Shown here: positions 31,606 through 58,159 of the stretch, piece after piece
Position numbering within the stretch: position 1 is the first letter of the stretch
Layout: each line of letters begins with the position of its first letter
Source of the DNA: Tubiluchus corallicola
Taxonomy: Eukaryota; Animalia; Priapulida
Length of the DNA stretch: 64,000 nt
Direction: 5' to 3'
Assembly: GCA_030141605.1 (NCBI GenBank)
Contig: JAQGDQ010000009.1
Location: 930,001 to 994,000, forward strand
The notes under the pieces: model-generated
What the model was told of the DNA's origin: nothing
What the model saw: the letters and a program-made list of their open reading frames with translations, nothing else
Databases searched by the model: none
Program-made: the position numbers and the translations under genes

Positions 31606-34145
31606 CTACACCTTGTATTATCACATTATTCTACTGTTTTACACTTACTACAACCTTTACTGCTGCTGCTTTTTTCAAGAACAATTATTAGGGTTGTGAA
31701 CATGCTTTCTGTTACTCTCCCTAACAAATTGTCATGATGGAGTATAATGTGGAGAATGTTGTGTGACCGCTTATCCATTCAACAGTGTCCGAACAATGCA
31801 CATTAAGCCACTATTGTATTAACTTTTTGCTAGTCTCTATCTCTAAAACAAACAAATAAAAGCAATTTTTTTCTGATAAGATTCCTGTGTTGTTCACAAA
31901 ACTTACAGTTCACTTGCACAAAACATGTACATAACAACAGCTTGGAACATTGTTTCAACATTATAGTATGAACTTAGATAATGTAGTTAAATTAGGGAAC
32001 TGATACTGAAACAGACTGACCAAAGCAACCCAAAAGTTGTTAGTTTATGACATCACCTATTAGCATTGCGAGAGTCCCAAAGTATAGCAATCAGTTAACA
32101 AGCACTTTGGCGCATTTTTTATTAGCCACATTCTGTTAAAAACCATATACCTGATTCACCTTCAATGTCACACAGTTAACATTCAGCCAAGTGTGTGGCT
32201 CACCTTACCGGAAGATAAATTTATAGGAAAAACTCGTGTAGCTCATACAACTCTATATATATTATAAACTTGGGTGAGAAATTGACAAGAAAAAAATAAA
32301 GTTAGACTATCAAAACAGGTTAAATCTTATCTACAAAAGCAAACAATCTAAGCATTAACAATTACAGTCATTAACTTACCGTATTTATATAAATTTACAA
32401 TTTAGTAATCTGCACATCTAGAAACTACAATAAAACAATTTGATTTCTATGTTATTAAATGTTAAAGATCAACTCTCCTGTTACTTTAACAGACCTGCCT
32501 GTAGATGGCATCACTGTATTACACAATTTACAACTTTGATTTAAAGTACAGAATAACATGAAAGTTCAGAATAGCGCAGTTACTGTGTTGTAACAAATAT
32601 TATATTACATAGCTGTGCAGTGCCAGAGTCGCAGAAAAGACGAATAAAAAATAGTATCCATAATAATTTTAATATCACCTTGTTGTAAATGGCTTCATGC
32701 TATTACAGGTTAACAATAATTTTTGGTCTTGAACCGATTCTACACCACAGAAGCCAAGAAACCTTATTTACATCATTACGAATAACGGTGCAGAATTCGG
32801 TGTACTCCGCCAAACACAACAAAAGAGTGAAAATTTTATAGCCGATTACGACATTTGTGAAACCATTTTAGATTCATAGTCTTAAATGTTAAATGCTGCA
32901 AGGAAGTGTAGCAGTGTTTTGTATTATACAGATGAGCAGGAAATTCATTTTAACGTACAAAAGTACATAGCACAGCTATTAGAAAGTGAACGGCATGCTC
33001 ATAATTATAAAAAATCACACAAAGCTAGAACTGCAGAAACTCATTGCATTTAAAGTGCAATATTAGAAAAATATTCTCAGCAATTAGATAACAATGTAAC
33101 ATCAAACACGAAGGCAGCTGCCCAATTACAAGCTTAATGAAAGAGAACAATCATTTAGTTTTACATACGTATTCTGTTAGAATGAATTATTGCAAATTTG
33201 ACACTTTGTGTGTCAACATTTCACGATACCAAACAAATTCTGCAAATTAAAACTACATTTACAATCGGTTGTCATAAAAAAGCATTTATTTAAGTTAAAG
33301 AAACATTTCCTCCAACTTTATCGAGTCACTACTGCAGCTGCCACAGACATTTTCCCATTTTGTATTATAAAAATTACTTTAATGCATTCACTGAAGGGAC
33401 CCGTGAACAATAATTTCCCCCTGGATTATTTAACGTGATGTTTCACATGCAGCGAAACATTTCACAAGTGAAATTATGTGACGTGACTATTTATGTATTG
33501 ATAGCTTTACTTTTATTTCCGTGTCTATTATTAAACAGCTGCACAAGATAACTTAATAGCTTCACATTATGAGAAACAGTAATGATCACATAAGAATAAC
33601 ATGTCCGCTTACGTACAAATATGCCGCGTCACTTGTCAGTTGCAATAACTTACAGGACATTTCCAAAATGAAAAACAACTAACATTAAATTGTAAAGTGT
33701 ACGTTTAGTTATGAGCAACAAAGCAATTTGGAAACAATACTTAAAATAAGAAAGCTTAAATGGCAACGTAACTTAGTGCGCACTCATTATTAAAGGGATA
33801 AAATAACGCTTGGGACTGGGGTTAAGTATTATACGATATATACAACATTTCACCATTGACTGTATAATAACGATTTGCACATACTTCACAAACAACAACA
33901 TTTCTGCTAAGCCAAGGTTCTCACAAAGCACATGTGGTCATAAAACACCTTTGTTGTTTTGTATACAGCAACAATGTTCTGTTCATCGTGTAGAGCTGCT
34001 CAAAACACAAATGATCACCTCTGCAGCAAAAAAATGCTGCATTATTATACTTCATCCCATCAGCTTATGGGCTGAATAGCTCCACAGTTCCGTGTCTTGT
34101 AGTTGCACATATCACTTTGTAATTGCACCGTAACTCATTTGTAAC

Positions 34146-45867
<11,722 letters not shown>

Positions 45868-46836
45868 CTGTAAAAACAAAGACATTTTAATGAACTGATC
45901 ATAACTTTTAAAATCCAACCAGACAATTCTGCAGTTATAAAAGCACCAAGCAGTCTTAACTCAAGAAAACTTCAAAAACAATAAACAGCTAAAAAGTTAA
46001 ATCTTAGCGTCCTTTTACAAAACTGCCGTCAAGAGTTTTCAGGCAGATTAAGGAATCGGTGCAAAATTTCACAGCAACAGTTTCAATGTGCACGTGAAAA
46101 AATAAAGTTTGGCAAAATAACTATCTAATATTTCACAACCACAAAAACGTTTTGTTTTCAAGGAAAATGTCAGAAGGGATTATGCAGTCAAGCTTTGAAG
46201 TAGAAACTACCGCTCTTCTCTGTCCTCCCAACCGATGCAGACGTATAATGGAATGAACAATATATGTAGTAACCAAGAATTCACTTGATAGTTTTTGTGA
46301 ATGTCAAAAAACGAAGAGCGGCAGAAATATGGATGTTATCGATCGATCGAGAAGATGGACCAGGTACTCTCAACCCTAAAAGTTCACAGGAGTGTTTACA
46401 CAGATACTTGAATAACTAGGGAAAGAGTACTACAGAGTAGTATTCTTCAGGGAGAGAAAATAACTGTTATAAATGTGTGCGCCACGTGAGTTTAGTCCAT
46501 GACTTCACATTCATACAGCAAGTCTTAAAGATTCTTACTTATACAGCAATGATTATGTTTTAGGGTATATGTGTGTAGGCCTCTATTGATGATGTTTTAC
46601 CCGTAGTGTGATTTATTTTCCCGGTGTCTACGTTTATATGGAATTTATTCAATATTGAAACCCCATTGTAAGTGGTTGATGATTACAGTCAGCTAGCTTG
46701 CATCAGCTGATACTCTTATAGGCCTAGATACCGCCATATTCTTCTCCTTTCTGTTTACCTAAATGTAGTATGTAAGTACGTCTGTATGTACGTTTATGAC
46801 ATCAGTGTTTAACTTCTGAAGAAAGTCTATATAATC

Positions 46837-47147
46837 CAGTGGTTCCCAAACTTTCTCAGACCGTTACCCAAATCGGGAAACCCGGTCGTGTCCATTACCC
46901 CCCACCTAGTACTACTTCTCCAACTCAAAAAGTAAACACACGTATATGCCACAAGCAAGCAAAATTATTTATGTATTATTTATTTATTTACACAGTGTTG
47001 CCTGCCGGAGGCAGTCTCTTCAAGAAGAAAACTACGTAAAATGCATTCCGAGCGAAGTTTTAAAATTTTCAGGGGGGTGCCCGTTACCCCCCCAAAAAAA
47101 CCATATTACCCCCGGGGGGTAATTTACCCCTAATTTGGGAACCACTG
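46837..47147. mobile_element. hAT-superfamily MITE, 311 bp
   Basis: Perfect 14-bp TIR cagtggttcccaaa / tttgggaaccactg; perfect 8-bp TSD atataatc (46829-46836, 47148-47155). Confidence 0.95.
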
Positions 47148-50100
47148 ATATAATCTGAACCATTTGACATCATTTGCGGAGCCATTGCGTATTTACTCAG
47201 TTTTAATATATTACCATTCTATATTGTGTTTATTTTATGTATTGAGTAACTTCTGTCATGGGGTCCGATAATTCTGGGGATACTTGACGAAAAAAAAACT
47301 TGCGAACGTCTGTTACAGACAATATGAACAGCAGTTTTTTGCTTTTTAGTTCGATGCAGCTAGAAACTTTTCATTAGAGAAACTAATACGCCTTATTAGC
47401 AAGCAAACCATTAGCACGGATAAAGAAATGAAGATATTAAACGTGAACGACAAACAAATGTTGTTAGCTGATTCCATTCTTAAGAAAAACGCGTTTGTAC
47501 ACTGTATACAGTCTACCTGTCAAACTAATAAATCTAACTATGGTAATGGTATGGTATGGTAATGTACAGTAGACTACGAAGGAAAACATAGCATGGCACA
47601 GGATTGTACAGTGTGGTATAGTCTAATAAAAATAATTATATATAAGTACACGTAAAACAGCACTACAGTAACTTTACTATTTCCAAACACAATGCGACAT
47701 TATGATGTGCTTTTATGATCATCATGATATTTTGAAACACACAAAGAAACAGTGTAAAATACTGTTTACACACAATGTGTAAAATACGATTTATGCGCCA
47801 CTTTTTATTCAATTGTCCTTATGACTAAATTATCAAGATTTTGTTAAAATTCGGTGAACATCTTGTACCCTTTCTGTGTCCCAAAATAGTAATTCAGTAA
47901 TTTAGTAAATAGTAATCAAAATTTGAATACAAAATTAGCAAAGACAGAATAAGCTCCCACTTACTAATATTCTGAACACAAACTTCACTGAAAAGAAAAT
48001 GTGAAAAGGTTGAAAATGGAAATTATCTGAGTAAGAGATATTCGAATTACGAATCATAAGATTATCGTAATTGTTCTTCAATCTGATCTGTTTTGCTATC
48101 CATGTGTCCTCAGTCTAGGCTAACGAAAACATTCCCATAACAACGCGAAGTAGCATGGCTGAAGAATGGGGACCACACCACCCTGCTCAGTTAGCCAATC
48201 AAATGATTCAATATTGTAGCTTGTCAAGGGTTAGTAGTTCATAAGCTTTGTTGAAACGATGTCAACAATACCACTACATTAACAGGGACTTGTTAAATAA
48301 TTAAGCAGTTTTCTTTAACCTTGAAAAACAAATCTTGCCGATCATCAAATAAGACTAAACACTAAACTTGGACTTGGAAGAAAGAAACTTGAAACTGAAA
48401 TATACCGTAACACACTATATAATCTAATAAATCTTTTGGTAGATTTTATATAGTACGGGTTTTGTGTTCAATTCACGTGACTCATATCTAAACTTTAAAG
48501 CTTATTCAGTTATTCAGCGCTAGAACTCTTATCATTTTGAACTTAACAATTTCTGCAAAATGATGATGACTTAATCAGATTGCAAATGTCAGAGACATAA
48601 TCGGACACGTTGATGCTTCACAAAGACCAGAAATCTGACAGGTAAACAGGTCAGTGAGTTCAGATGATTAATTTATAAACTTGCGTCAGAAGCGTGAACA
48701 CACCTGATCTAGTACCAAGCTTACACTGACTCTGCAAACATCAATAATATCAGGGTAACAATATCAAGGCAACTTGTGTCGACCAATCTTTGCTAATTGA
48801 CAGTTATCAAATTTATAATCAAATTAAACCAGCAGCCGCGAACTCTAAATTTGATGATGAACTTTGCTTAATTAGTTGAACTTAGATTAGCTGCTATGCC
48901 AAACCAGTTTTATCAGATACACACACGCATTTTGATACGAACAAAAGTGCACGCAATTTACTCGAATTAACCACACGTTGATAAGCAATGATGTATTGTG
49001 GAATATTTTACATACCATATATACAAGGTTATTGATTTCAATAATATAATGATATGCGTTAAACAAACGTAAATGCACATTGCCAAAGGTATCGGGAAAC
49101 GATAGCCTCCGTACTTAGAAAACGCCCGTACAGATGTAAACGCATTTTTTAATATTTTAATCGTTATAATATTTACTTTAAACGTGTTTTTACCACTTCT
49201 TATTGTCGGAAATAAAAAAAACAATAATGTTTTTAGAGACAGTCATGACACCATTCCCATCGAGAAACTAATGTCATGAATCGCAGTCATTTATGGCCTT
49301 CAGACCTGCTACAGCAGTACTAAATATTAAGATAAGTATTTAGATGGACTAAACGCTTATGATGTTGGGTTTATTTTACTTAGAAACTTAGTAAGCTTAG
49401 AAAAGTACCAAGAAATGTGCAAATAGCTGTCTAGAGACCATACAAAAATTTTCAGGCGCAGTGGTAACACCCATTCACTTGAAAATTATGATATATGCGG
49501 TGGACTTTTAGCATCATGGGCTTTCCGTAAGAAGTAATTCAAACTTCTTCAGTTTGCCTATTGTTCATGCAAAAATATCACATCAACAGCTTCTAATTTT
49601 TTGTAAAAACTTACAATTTTGACGGAAATTGACAGTGTGCTGCTTTGTTTACTCGACACAGATGGCACCACCAGCGGACGAATGGGCGCAAATTAAAAGT
49701 GATTTTACTAATTACACGAGACGCTTATCATACTAAATCCTTCTAACACTTTTCGCGAACATTGAAATAACCCCAACTTCCCAGAACGCTTGATCTTTCC
49801 TTAAAATGTTCTTTCTCAGGGGTTTGTCACTTTTTAACTTTACAGATTATTTATTTTGGTTTCTTCTGTAAAGAGGAAGAGTGCAACCATTTGCTGACAC
49901 TATATGAGAGATTTCAAGCAAAACCATCTCCCATGCAAGCATTCATATAATTTAAGTTCTCACTATTTATTAGTTACCGTGCAGGACTGAATTAATAATT
50001 TTCAAACACGCAGGTAGTCAATCTGCATAAAAATAAACCAATTTCCAAACCCCATCATCAACTTGTATAAAAATAGGAAATTACTTGTTCATCAAAATTC

Positions 50101-51862
50101 AATCAAAAACTTTAAAGATAGTCACTCGTTATTAATCATGCGCTGACGATATTTCGCTAATCACTATGAATGATGCTAATGCCAGTCATTATTCATTCGT
50201 ATATTAGTTCACTAATCACTGTCAATGGAAATGAATATAAAGCCTTGATTTAATTCACAAAATGTTCTTGGTGTTGTTATAATTACCACTCTATCGCTGT
50301 TATAAAACAAAAAATACATTTACTACATCATTTGGAGTAACTCTTAATGATTGGATAAACGCTTTTTGGAAATCATGTTTGCTGAAATATGAAATAATTA
50401 GTGAAATAAGTACATATGTAATGAATAATTTGTGCTGGACAAATTAGGTCAAATTTTGCTTCGTCTAAATTAGTGCTAGTGGTTCTAGTACTTTACGGAA
50501 ATATGCTACCTGCTTCTTCGTCTTTGTCAATGAAGAGGATGGCGAGCCCATTTAGAACTACGGGTCCGAAGAGAAAAAGTATTTGCCATATGGCAAATTT
50601 ATAGTAAGGTCAGAAGATAAATATGGAGACCATCGTGATAGGCAAGCCTAGCAATAAATTAATCAATTTTTGAAGGTAGTAAAATCAGTGTCGAAAGTGG
50701 TGATGTCAGCTGATAAATATTCATGGAACATGTGGGGACAATGTGGTTAATATCAAACATGCTAAAAAAGAGTCGCTTGTGTCATGGCTACGTTCGACAA
50801 ACTGGAAGAGCGTTCAAAGAATAAGTGTTGAATTGAATTTCTGCAACACGATGATACAAAACACAGCCAAAAAAAGATCAAAAAGCTACATTTAACTTTC
50901 AAATGGAACATTAAAATGCAATCAATTTCAGAAATCGTGAGATCGTGATAAAATATCTTCATCCATATTACAAAATACATACCTCAAAATTAAATAAATG
51001 ACTGCACAGTAATCACAGATATTCTAAAGGCTCACTGTCTGTCACACCAGAACAAGTACTATTTGGTGTATTCCGTGACAGCAGCTTTCTTTGAGTTAAA
51101 TATTGTCTGAATGTTATAAGCAATAATGCAGTTAATATTGGTTATACTTACTTCAACAAGTATTTAATGCGACGGCAAATTTGACCTGATTGTCTGCCAG
51201 ATTTTAAAAAACGTTGCACTGGCAAAACAGCAAACAGAAAAAATTCAACACACTTGACAGTTCATCGTCGAGCGAAATTTTCAATTACAATTTTAAGCGG
51301 ATTCAAGAACAGTGCCAAGCATTTCAAAAATTGTAGCCTACTCACTGCTCAATAGTATTAACATTGCGATGTTTGATCATTTAAATTTAAGTAAATTTAT
51401 GAAAAGTTAGTTCTAAAAGTGATGTGCTTAAAACTGGTACATTACTGTTAAGGTGGTAAAGACCGTCTGAAACTGATTTTTGAAAAATGAAATATAAACG
51501 TTGAGTAGCCGAGTACTGTAGGCATTTTTAGCCCAAGCATGAATGTAGTCTGTCATTTCAGAACTGAATCTCTGGCATCGAAAGCGCAAGTAATGGTAAT
51601 CGATGACTACTGCGTAGTATAATAGTAAATCTATGTACGCTAATGCTATGCTGTGCTACTTTGTATCAAATCAATGCACATACAATACACAGTCTCACAT
51701 GCAGTGGAGTAAATGTTTCTTAAACCCGCCTGCAGCTAAGCTAATGCTAAATTAAACAAAACGGGTTGTTTTCAAACAAATCAGTCATTGTAGCCACGTG
51801 GCCATCAACAACAAACAGTGGTTCCCTCTTTCCTTTGTTCACAAGCCCCACCACACACTCAC

Positions 51863-51994
51863 CCTTTCTTTCTGCTGCCTGAGCACTGTCCAGAAAGCGT
51901 GTGCCTTGGTGGACGTCCGACTGGGTGGTTGACTGATCCCTTTCACTCTGTTCACGCCCAGAGTATTGTCATCGTTATAAATACAAGTTTCCAT
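51863..51994 (-). CDS. STK24/25/26: Candidate first coding exon C of the kinase (METCIYNDDNTLGVNRVKGISQPPSRTSTKAHAFWTVLRQQKER)
   Basis: ATG at 51994, 44 open codons, consensus donor agg|gtgagt in phase 0 matching exon 2; nearest such exon found upstream of exon 2. Confidence 0.7.
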
Positions 51995-52659
51995 TATCAA
52001 CAACAAAACAATATAATCTCCTGATTTCTTCGCTTCAATAGCAGCTACTACCTCATTCTATAGAAGTTTATTGTCTGTAACGCCAGGGCATATGCAGAAT
52101 GAAAGCCAAAGTTTGTTGTTATCGTTTTCATTATTAGCAACAACCGCAACTACTTATCAACATGATCTTTTGACACTTCCGACGTGAAAAAGCTTGCTAG
52201 TTCACATGTTTATAATCTCCATTATATTCAAAGTGCTGTACGTGTGGAACGTCCAACAAACCCGGCAATGTTTGCACACTTTAGTGTATGCAGCATTTTA
52301 TAACAGCACACTGGGGTAAGCAACTATATGTAGACAACTGCTGTATCAAGCTACCAACATAGTATATAAACCAAACTTCAATCACAGTATTCTTTTACCA
52401 CAATACACGCAGCATTTTCAAAACCTGACAACATAAAGGAGTCACAAGAAAATGAAAAAACCAATCCTACTCCATTATCGTATGCGTGTTTCGTCTTTTA
52501 TCCCCTAAACTCATCCACAGTCAATATAGATTTAACTTAGGAGAAATGCACAATACAACGAATCCGCAAATAGTTTATGTCAACAAGTTCAGCACGGAAG
52601 ATTAAAAACTGGAAGTAAGGAGCTTTTCTGGAGAAAATTCCACTGCACGTTTAATCAGT

Positions 52660-53180
52660 ATAATATTTCCGCTTCGCCTCAGACACGACCTGCCCAATCA
52701 CAACACCGTCACGTAATAATCATATTAAGATTGTAGAAATACAGTGTACAATATAGACTAACTTCTATCGCCTAACGAAATTCAACAGCGTCATTTGAGA
52801 GTGAAGAGCGTGTGAATTTGAACCAGCGCTTTCAAATGAAATGCTAGGACGAAAACACGACCGCCAAATCGACGTAACCTAAACCATCTGCTGCGCGCTA
52901 AGAACAACACAAACCCCTACGGACGTCTGCACAACTTGTACAAAGAGTCTTGTGTGGCGATCTGCAAGCATACCATCCGTATGTAAATATACTTCTTATA
53001 TTGGCAGGAAAAGAATGGTTGGTCCAGTGATCCGCTATCCTAACTGACGCATTCATAAAACTCGTGTTTGCTGTAGGCGTGTGCTGGCTTGTCATCATCA
53101 ACCTACTAAACTGATTAAAACGCAGCTCGAGTACTGTACTTTCCTGTTCACTTTAAACCTTTCTTTTAACTTCCGGTGCA
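52660..53180 (-). promoter_or_regulatory. Candidate promoter region upstream of exon C (CCAAT near 52694, ETS CCGGAAGT near 53169-53176, locally CpG-richer)
   Basis: Motifs visible; position fits a minus-strand transcription start. Confidence 0.4.
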
Positions 53181-54747
53181 AGTTCCAACCGCACACAGCA
53201 ATGAATAAGAAAGTTCAATGGTAAAATCTATTATATAAATAATAGCTTAAACTTAATGCAATATATATATCATTTTTATTGTAAGTGTGACCATAACCTC
53301 AGAACTTTTCCTTATAGAGTTAAACACATACTAAGTAGTTTAGCTAGTGCAGCTATATCTGCATCAGTAATACATTAATCATTTATCTACATTCCGCATA
53401 AAATCAGATTACGAAAATGGTTCTTTATTGCAGCTCATTTCACCAATTTGACAAGTTAATTGTATCTATTTGCCTAAAAAGATTGTCACACATGTCACTT
53501 GTGCTACACGTTTTCGTTGTTAAAATAGGGCAAACCAAGCTACAGAAAAATTAATACAACGGCAAAGAATAATTATTATCTGACTGAAAGTAACTTGTTA
53601 CGCTAATGCTTATTATTAACCTGGCTGACTTGTTAACAATGATTTTAAATGTGGGTCAAAAGTTTTTTTCAGCTTTTTTACCTTGTTTTGTTTACCATCT
53701 GCAAGTTTTATTGGTCATTTGCACGCCATTGACAAATTAATATATCGAAGTTTCACAAAACTCTATGTAAATTCTGGCAACTACACATTAACCCCCAATA
53801 TTCGGAATTACCACTTTTCCACACAATATTAAATAATTACACAACTTTATATTTAGCAAATAAAATTCGCAATTTCTGTCTTACCGTATTTATTTATTAG
53901 GCAGCTAATATTAGTCAGAAAAAACAGATCAACTTCTCAGTATCAGTTATGTTAGCCAATGTTAATAGTTAGTACGAAGTTCATGTGCTTTGCAAAATTA
54001 CGTCAAAACTTTCTTACGCGTCCAATTAGCCTTGCAAATCCTATAGATGGCAGATGTTTAATGATAAACAAAACAGACTAATGAATCAGCTTCAATTGAT
54101 AATACGTTAATTGAGAACACTGATTCAGTTGTACACGTAAATACCATACAGATAAGGTACATATGTAAAAGTCGTAGAACAACTATGATTTCAAGAAATT
54201 TCTATAGCTATTACTATTTAATGCATTATTGTAATAGTTTCTCGATCAATCCATTATTTCATAAAAATGCAATGCTTTCTTTGTTAAACACACAGCTAGG
54301 CTCGCAGGCTGTTGACCTTTGAATTTCATCGTTACTGCTATACATTGAACGGTCTGTCCAAACAGCAGTAATATTTTTGTTATGATAAGTGTGACGCTTA
54401 TTTATTTGGTTGAATGACTACACAGAATGTTGCACTGCAAGGTGTAGAGTGTGCAACTACTAACAAGTGTAAAACACTGCCTAATAATGTAGAAAATCCA
54501 CAAACCATTTTTAGAATGCTTTGAACAATCACTTATTGCATTGCACAAAGTATATAGTTGCTACAATAATAAACAATATTGTTGTGAATAAATTTATGAA
54601 TCTGTATTTTGGAAGATAATTAATGGGGTTATCAGCTGAATTAGATTCAGTGGATAAACTCACGCCTCCCTGATTTCATAAGATAAATTTACACGGTTAA
54701 CAGAGAAACTCACCCAGCTGGTAGTACGAATTTAATGCGACACGAAT

Positions 54748-56053
54748 TGTCACACGTGTTATAGAAATGCAGGTGTCTTGTTTAGGAAATTATAGAAATA
54801 CAGGTGTCTTGTCTAAGGAAGACACTGTTGTCTCTAAAGGATACATGCAGAGTTAGAACTAATTAAGAGAGGTTCTAGAGCGATTTAGATGTCGCGTAGA
54901 AGTAACTTTATGATAGCAGCAGCCAAGGTCTCTATCAGTGCTCAGCAACATTAGAGAGAGAAATCTGAAGATTTGCCGACGATGGTAGGAAGATCTCAAA
55001 AGACGATGGAATTCAAGAGAACACCTTACTGATTGTAAAATCAGAAGTCTCTTGACGGGAGGTAGCATCTGCCGCAGATGTTGCCATATGGTGCAATCTC
55101 TTCGAAGGTCAGTTCTCAGAAATATAAACTCTGGTAATAGACTAGAGAATTACACACGACGGTGTGGCGACACGACACGAGTGTCACATACCAACCGAGC
55201 GAGGGAGTCTGACAGGTGGCTGGATACCACACCGTGTGTCCGGGACAATCTTCTAGACGACAGAAGCAGCGTTTTAGGACTGAGCACTGGTGCGACGAGG
55301 TCTCGATAAAGCTATCAGGATTTGACCAAGTGTAAGGGTACATTGGTCAATCCACAAGTTAAGTGATTTCAACTTATTTGTATCTGAGTATAAATCTGTA
55401 TAACTGTGGCATTCACATTGTATTAAGCACCTTCAGTGCAGCATATTTAATCGTTATCAATTAAAGTGAATAAGCATCTTCTCTGGAGCTATACTCTAGT
55501 TGTAAGCGCCCACCGGCGTATAAGGACAAATCGTGTAAGAGAAAGCCAGAGCAGATAACGTGTAATTTGTAATCGAATAAAATTTGTTCACTGTAGTAAC
55601 GCTGATAACGAGTTCTTGTATGATTAAGAGCGTTCACAGTAAAGCAACACTAAATCCTAGATACGAACTTGAGAGATTCGCATTGTACTAAACAAAGCTC
55701 AATTGCGGGAGCAACGCTCGATAACTTGAGGGAAGAAGACCTCTACTCACAACGCAAGGTCGAAGTGATAGTCTTGAAGGACATCATCATTGCCTGATAG
55801 ACTGAACTAAAGCCCTCGGAGTCAGGTGACAGAAAAGCGATCACTCACCTCATAGCGAACGGGAAGCGAATCTGCGAACGGGAAGCGAATCTATACAATC
55901 TATAGAATCTATACGATTAATTCATGATCACTCGATACGGCTAGATAAACTATACGATCAATCTATCGAGAAAAGAGATCGTGATAATATATACATTGGT
56001 AAACCATAAAAACTTGGAACAATTTGTAATTACAAATTTCCTCTAACGTGACA
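54748..56053. mobile_element. Probable solo LTR, about 1.3 kb
   Basis: TGTCAC...GTGACA inverted termini, internal short tandem repeats (tatagaaat.caggtgtcttgt x2; gcgaacgggaagcgaatct x2), AATAAA near 55576, higher GC than flanks; no clear TSD. Confidence 0.55.
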
Positions 56054-57653
56054 TTTAGCTAGATGACAGGCTGGACACTATAAAGGTTACGTGTCATGTC
56101 GAGCAATTCAAATTTGTTTTTTATGAAAGTATTAGATTTCGGTTTTGCACTGGACGCATTTACTTTTAGCAGTGTTTTAATATAGCACTATGGACATGTA
56201 TATATACACAGCGAATGGACCGTCGAAGTTTCAAATTCACCTATATATCTGACCACACACGCACTATGTCCACACTTCGAGTTCAAGGTTAGCCTACTTG
56301 TGTGGAATGTGACAGGGGATCAGCGCACCTGAGCGAGACGTTCAACCTAGGCATGCCGGTTTCACTCAGGTGAAATTAGACGAAAGTTCCAATAATTTAC
56401 CTATTTTCCTACACTGAAGCTTTTGTTCGAGCGGTTTTACAGCAGTTATCAGCGACACGCTGTGCACCAATGATCTGCTATTGTCAAGAAAAATAATTCG
56501 TCAAACTTTGAGCCTAGTTTGTTAGACGCCGGTCTGGGCACGTTCGAAAAACGTTGCTTACAGTGTGAGTAATACAAAATTCTACGTGCCAAGATTGCTT
56601 CGGGATAAAATGTAACAAGGACAATATGTCTACGATCAATTACTACGATTAATAAAATTTAAATTTCATTAAATTTAAATAAAATCTAATTAGCTCATTG
56701 CTCATACCGATCTGTACAGCAAAAACAATCAATTAGATAAACTATTAAAAAGCAAACCAACAAAAAAAAAGGTGTAAAATGAAATAGCTTGATCCGAAAT
56801 CAGATCTTCGTCTATTCAGGTACATAAAACCAAGCTTTTCAACGCTCAGAATGCTCGGGTTATTAAGCTAACCAATAGAGATAAATCATATAACAACAAT
56901 TAAAACTAACCACTACGCAGGTCCATGCTGATTACAGGTGCTCTATAATGTGTAACAAATGAAGCATACAGTGTAATTACTTCAAAGTTACAGGTGGAAA
57001 CATGAACTGCACAACGTGGTCAATTTACCAAACTTATAATCTCATAAATTGTATCAAACAGCCTAGAACTAATTACCTTCGTTTGCGCTTGTGTAAAAAC
57101 CGAAAACACAAATTATCAGCAGTACATTACTTTATGCTAGCATGATCGCGAAAGCAGCAAGTTCAGTCATTAAAGCATGCATCAAAGAGTTAGTACAATA
57201 GTTTATACTGGTATGATAATGAAAGCAACAAGTTTATTCATTACAGCAGGCATCAAAGAGTTGGCCCGCATATTGTACCCTTCAAGTCTATGATTTTATA
57301 ATGCCGTGATCTCACGTACAGAGATATGTTTGCTGAATATTACTTGTCATAAACTGGACTGGCACACCCTGATAATGTATGTTAACTCACACACCAATGT
57401 TTGCAGGAAACGTGTAATGATGTTTACCCAGGACAAAGTGCAATCGTGGCTTTAACGAAATATTACATAGGGCCAATACCCAAATCGGTAGAAAGGCTTA
57501 TAGTCAGTCTTAGGTAAAAGAACTAATTGTAGAACTACATGTAGCTATGAAGCTGCACAAATCACAAGAAGATCTTCAATTATAGATAGAGTAGCTGTAA
57601 CTCAACTAATAACTGAGGCTGACAGCCGAGACTCCACAGTATGCTTGGCTACA

Positions 57654-57690
57654 AAAGTTAAGCAGCGCTTGGCCTAGTTAGTAAATCAGC
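57654..57690 (+). repeat. Degenerate 5S-rRNA-like (SINE-type) fragment
   Basis: aagttaagcagcgcttggcctagttagta resembles the 5S internal control region; too short and diverged to be a gene. Confidence 0.35.
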
Positions 57691-58159
57691 TGTGACTCTT
57701 GTAGGCTTCATCTTCCATTCCGCCTTTTTTAGTTAATGACGACAACTACATATAATTCCGTCACAAATAACGCACCTGTACCGGTACAGCAGTTCATCTT
57801 ACAACTCTGACAGCGAGGTAGTAAGTTGCTCGAAAGTTGAAGTTACCGAAGTAAATCACGATATAGGTGAGTGCGTGAGTGATTCCAGTGAGTGATTCAA
57901 AATTTAAACTACAGGAGCAATACAGTGTGGACTCCAAGTACCAACACCCTGGTATATAATACCCTACGGTTCCAACGCTCTGTTCAAAAATGTGGAATTG
58001 CATTATCACGCACCACGTAAAGATCTATTTAAACAAACTGAAATGAATGATAAGTTGATAACAGCCTCTCGAATAAAGAGTCTTTTTAAAGACATAAATC
58101 TAACGAAGTTACCCAATATTCTCCAAAAATTCAATGCATCATGTCTTGTCCAAACTCAC

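Noticed and set aside
49615-49700. Another kinase first coding exon ending att|gtaagt
   Set aside because: The phase-0 frame has a stop and no ATG; at most a non-coding exon.
57654-57690. 5S rRNA gene
   Set aside because: Only about 30 nt of diverged similarity; no full-length 5S sequence.
57775-57797. MNCCTGT mini-exon with a gtgcgt donor (palmitoylation-like N-terminus)
   Set aside because: Ends in phase 1, incompatible with kinase exon 2; no partner exon found.
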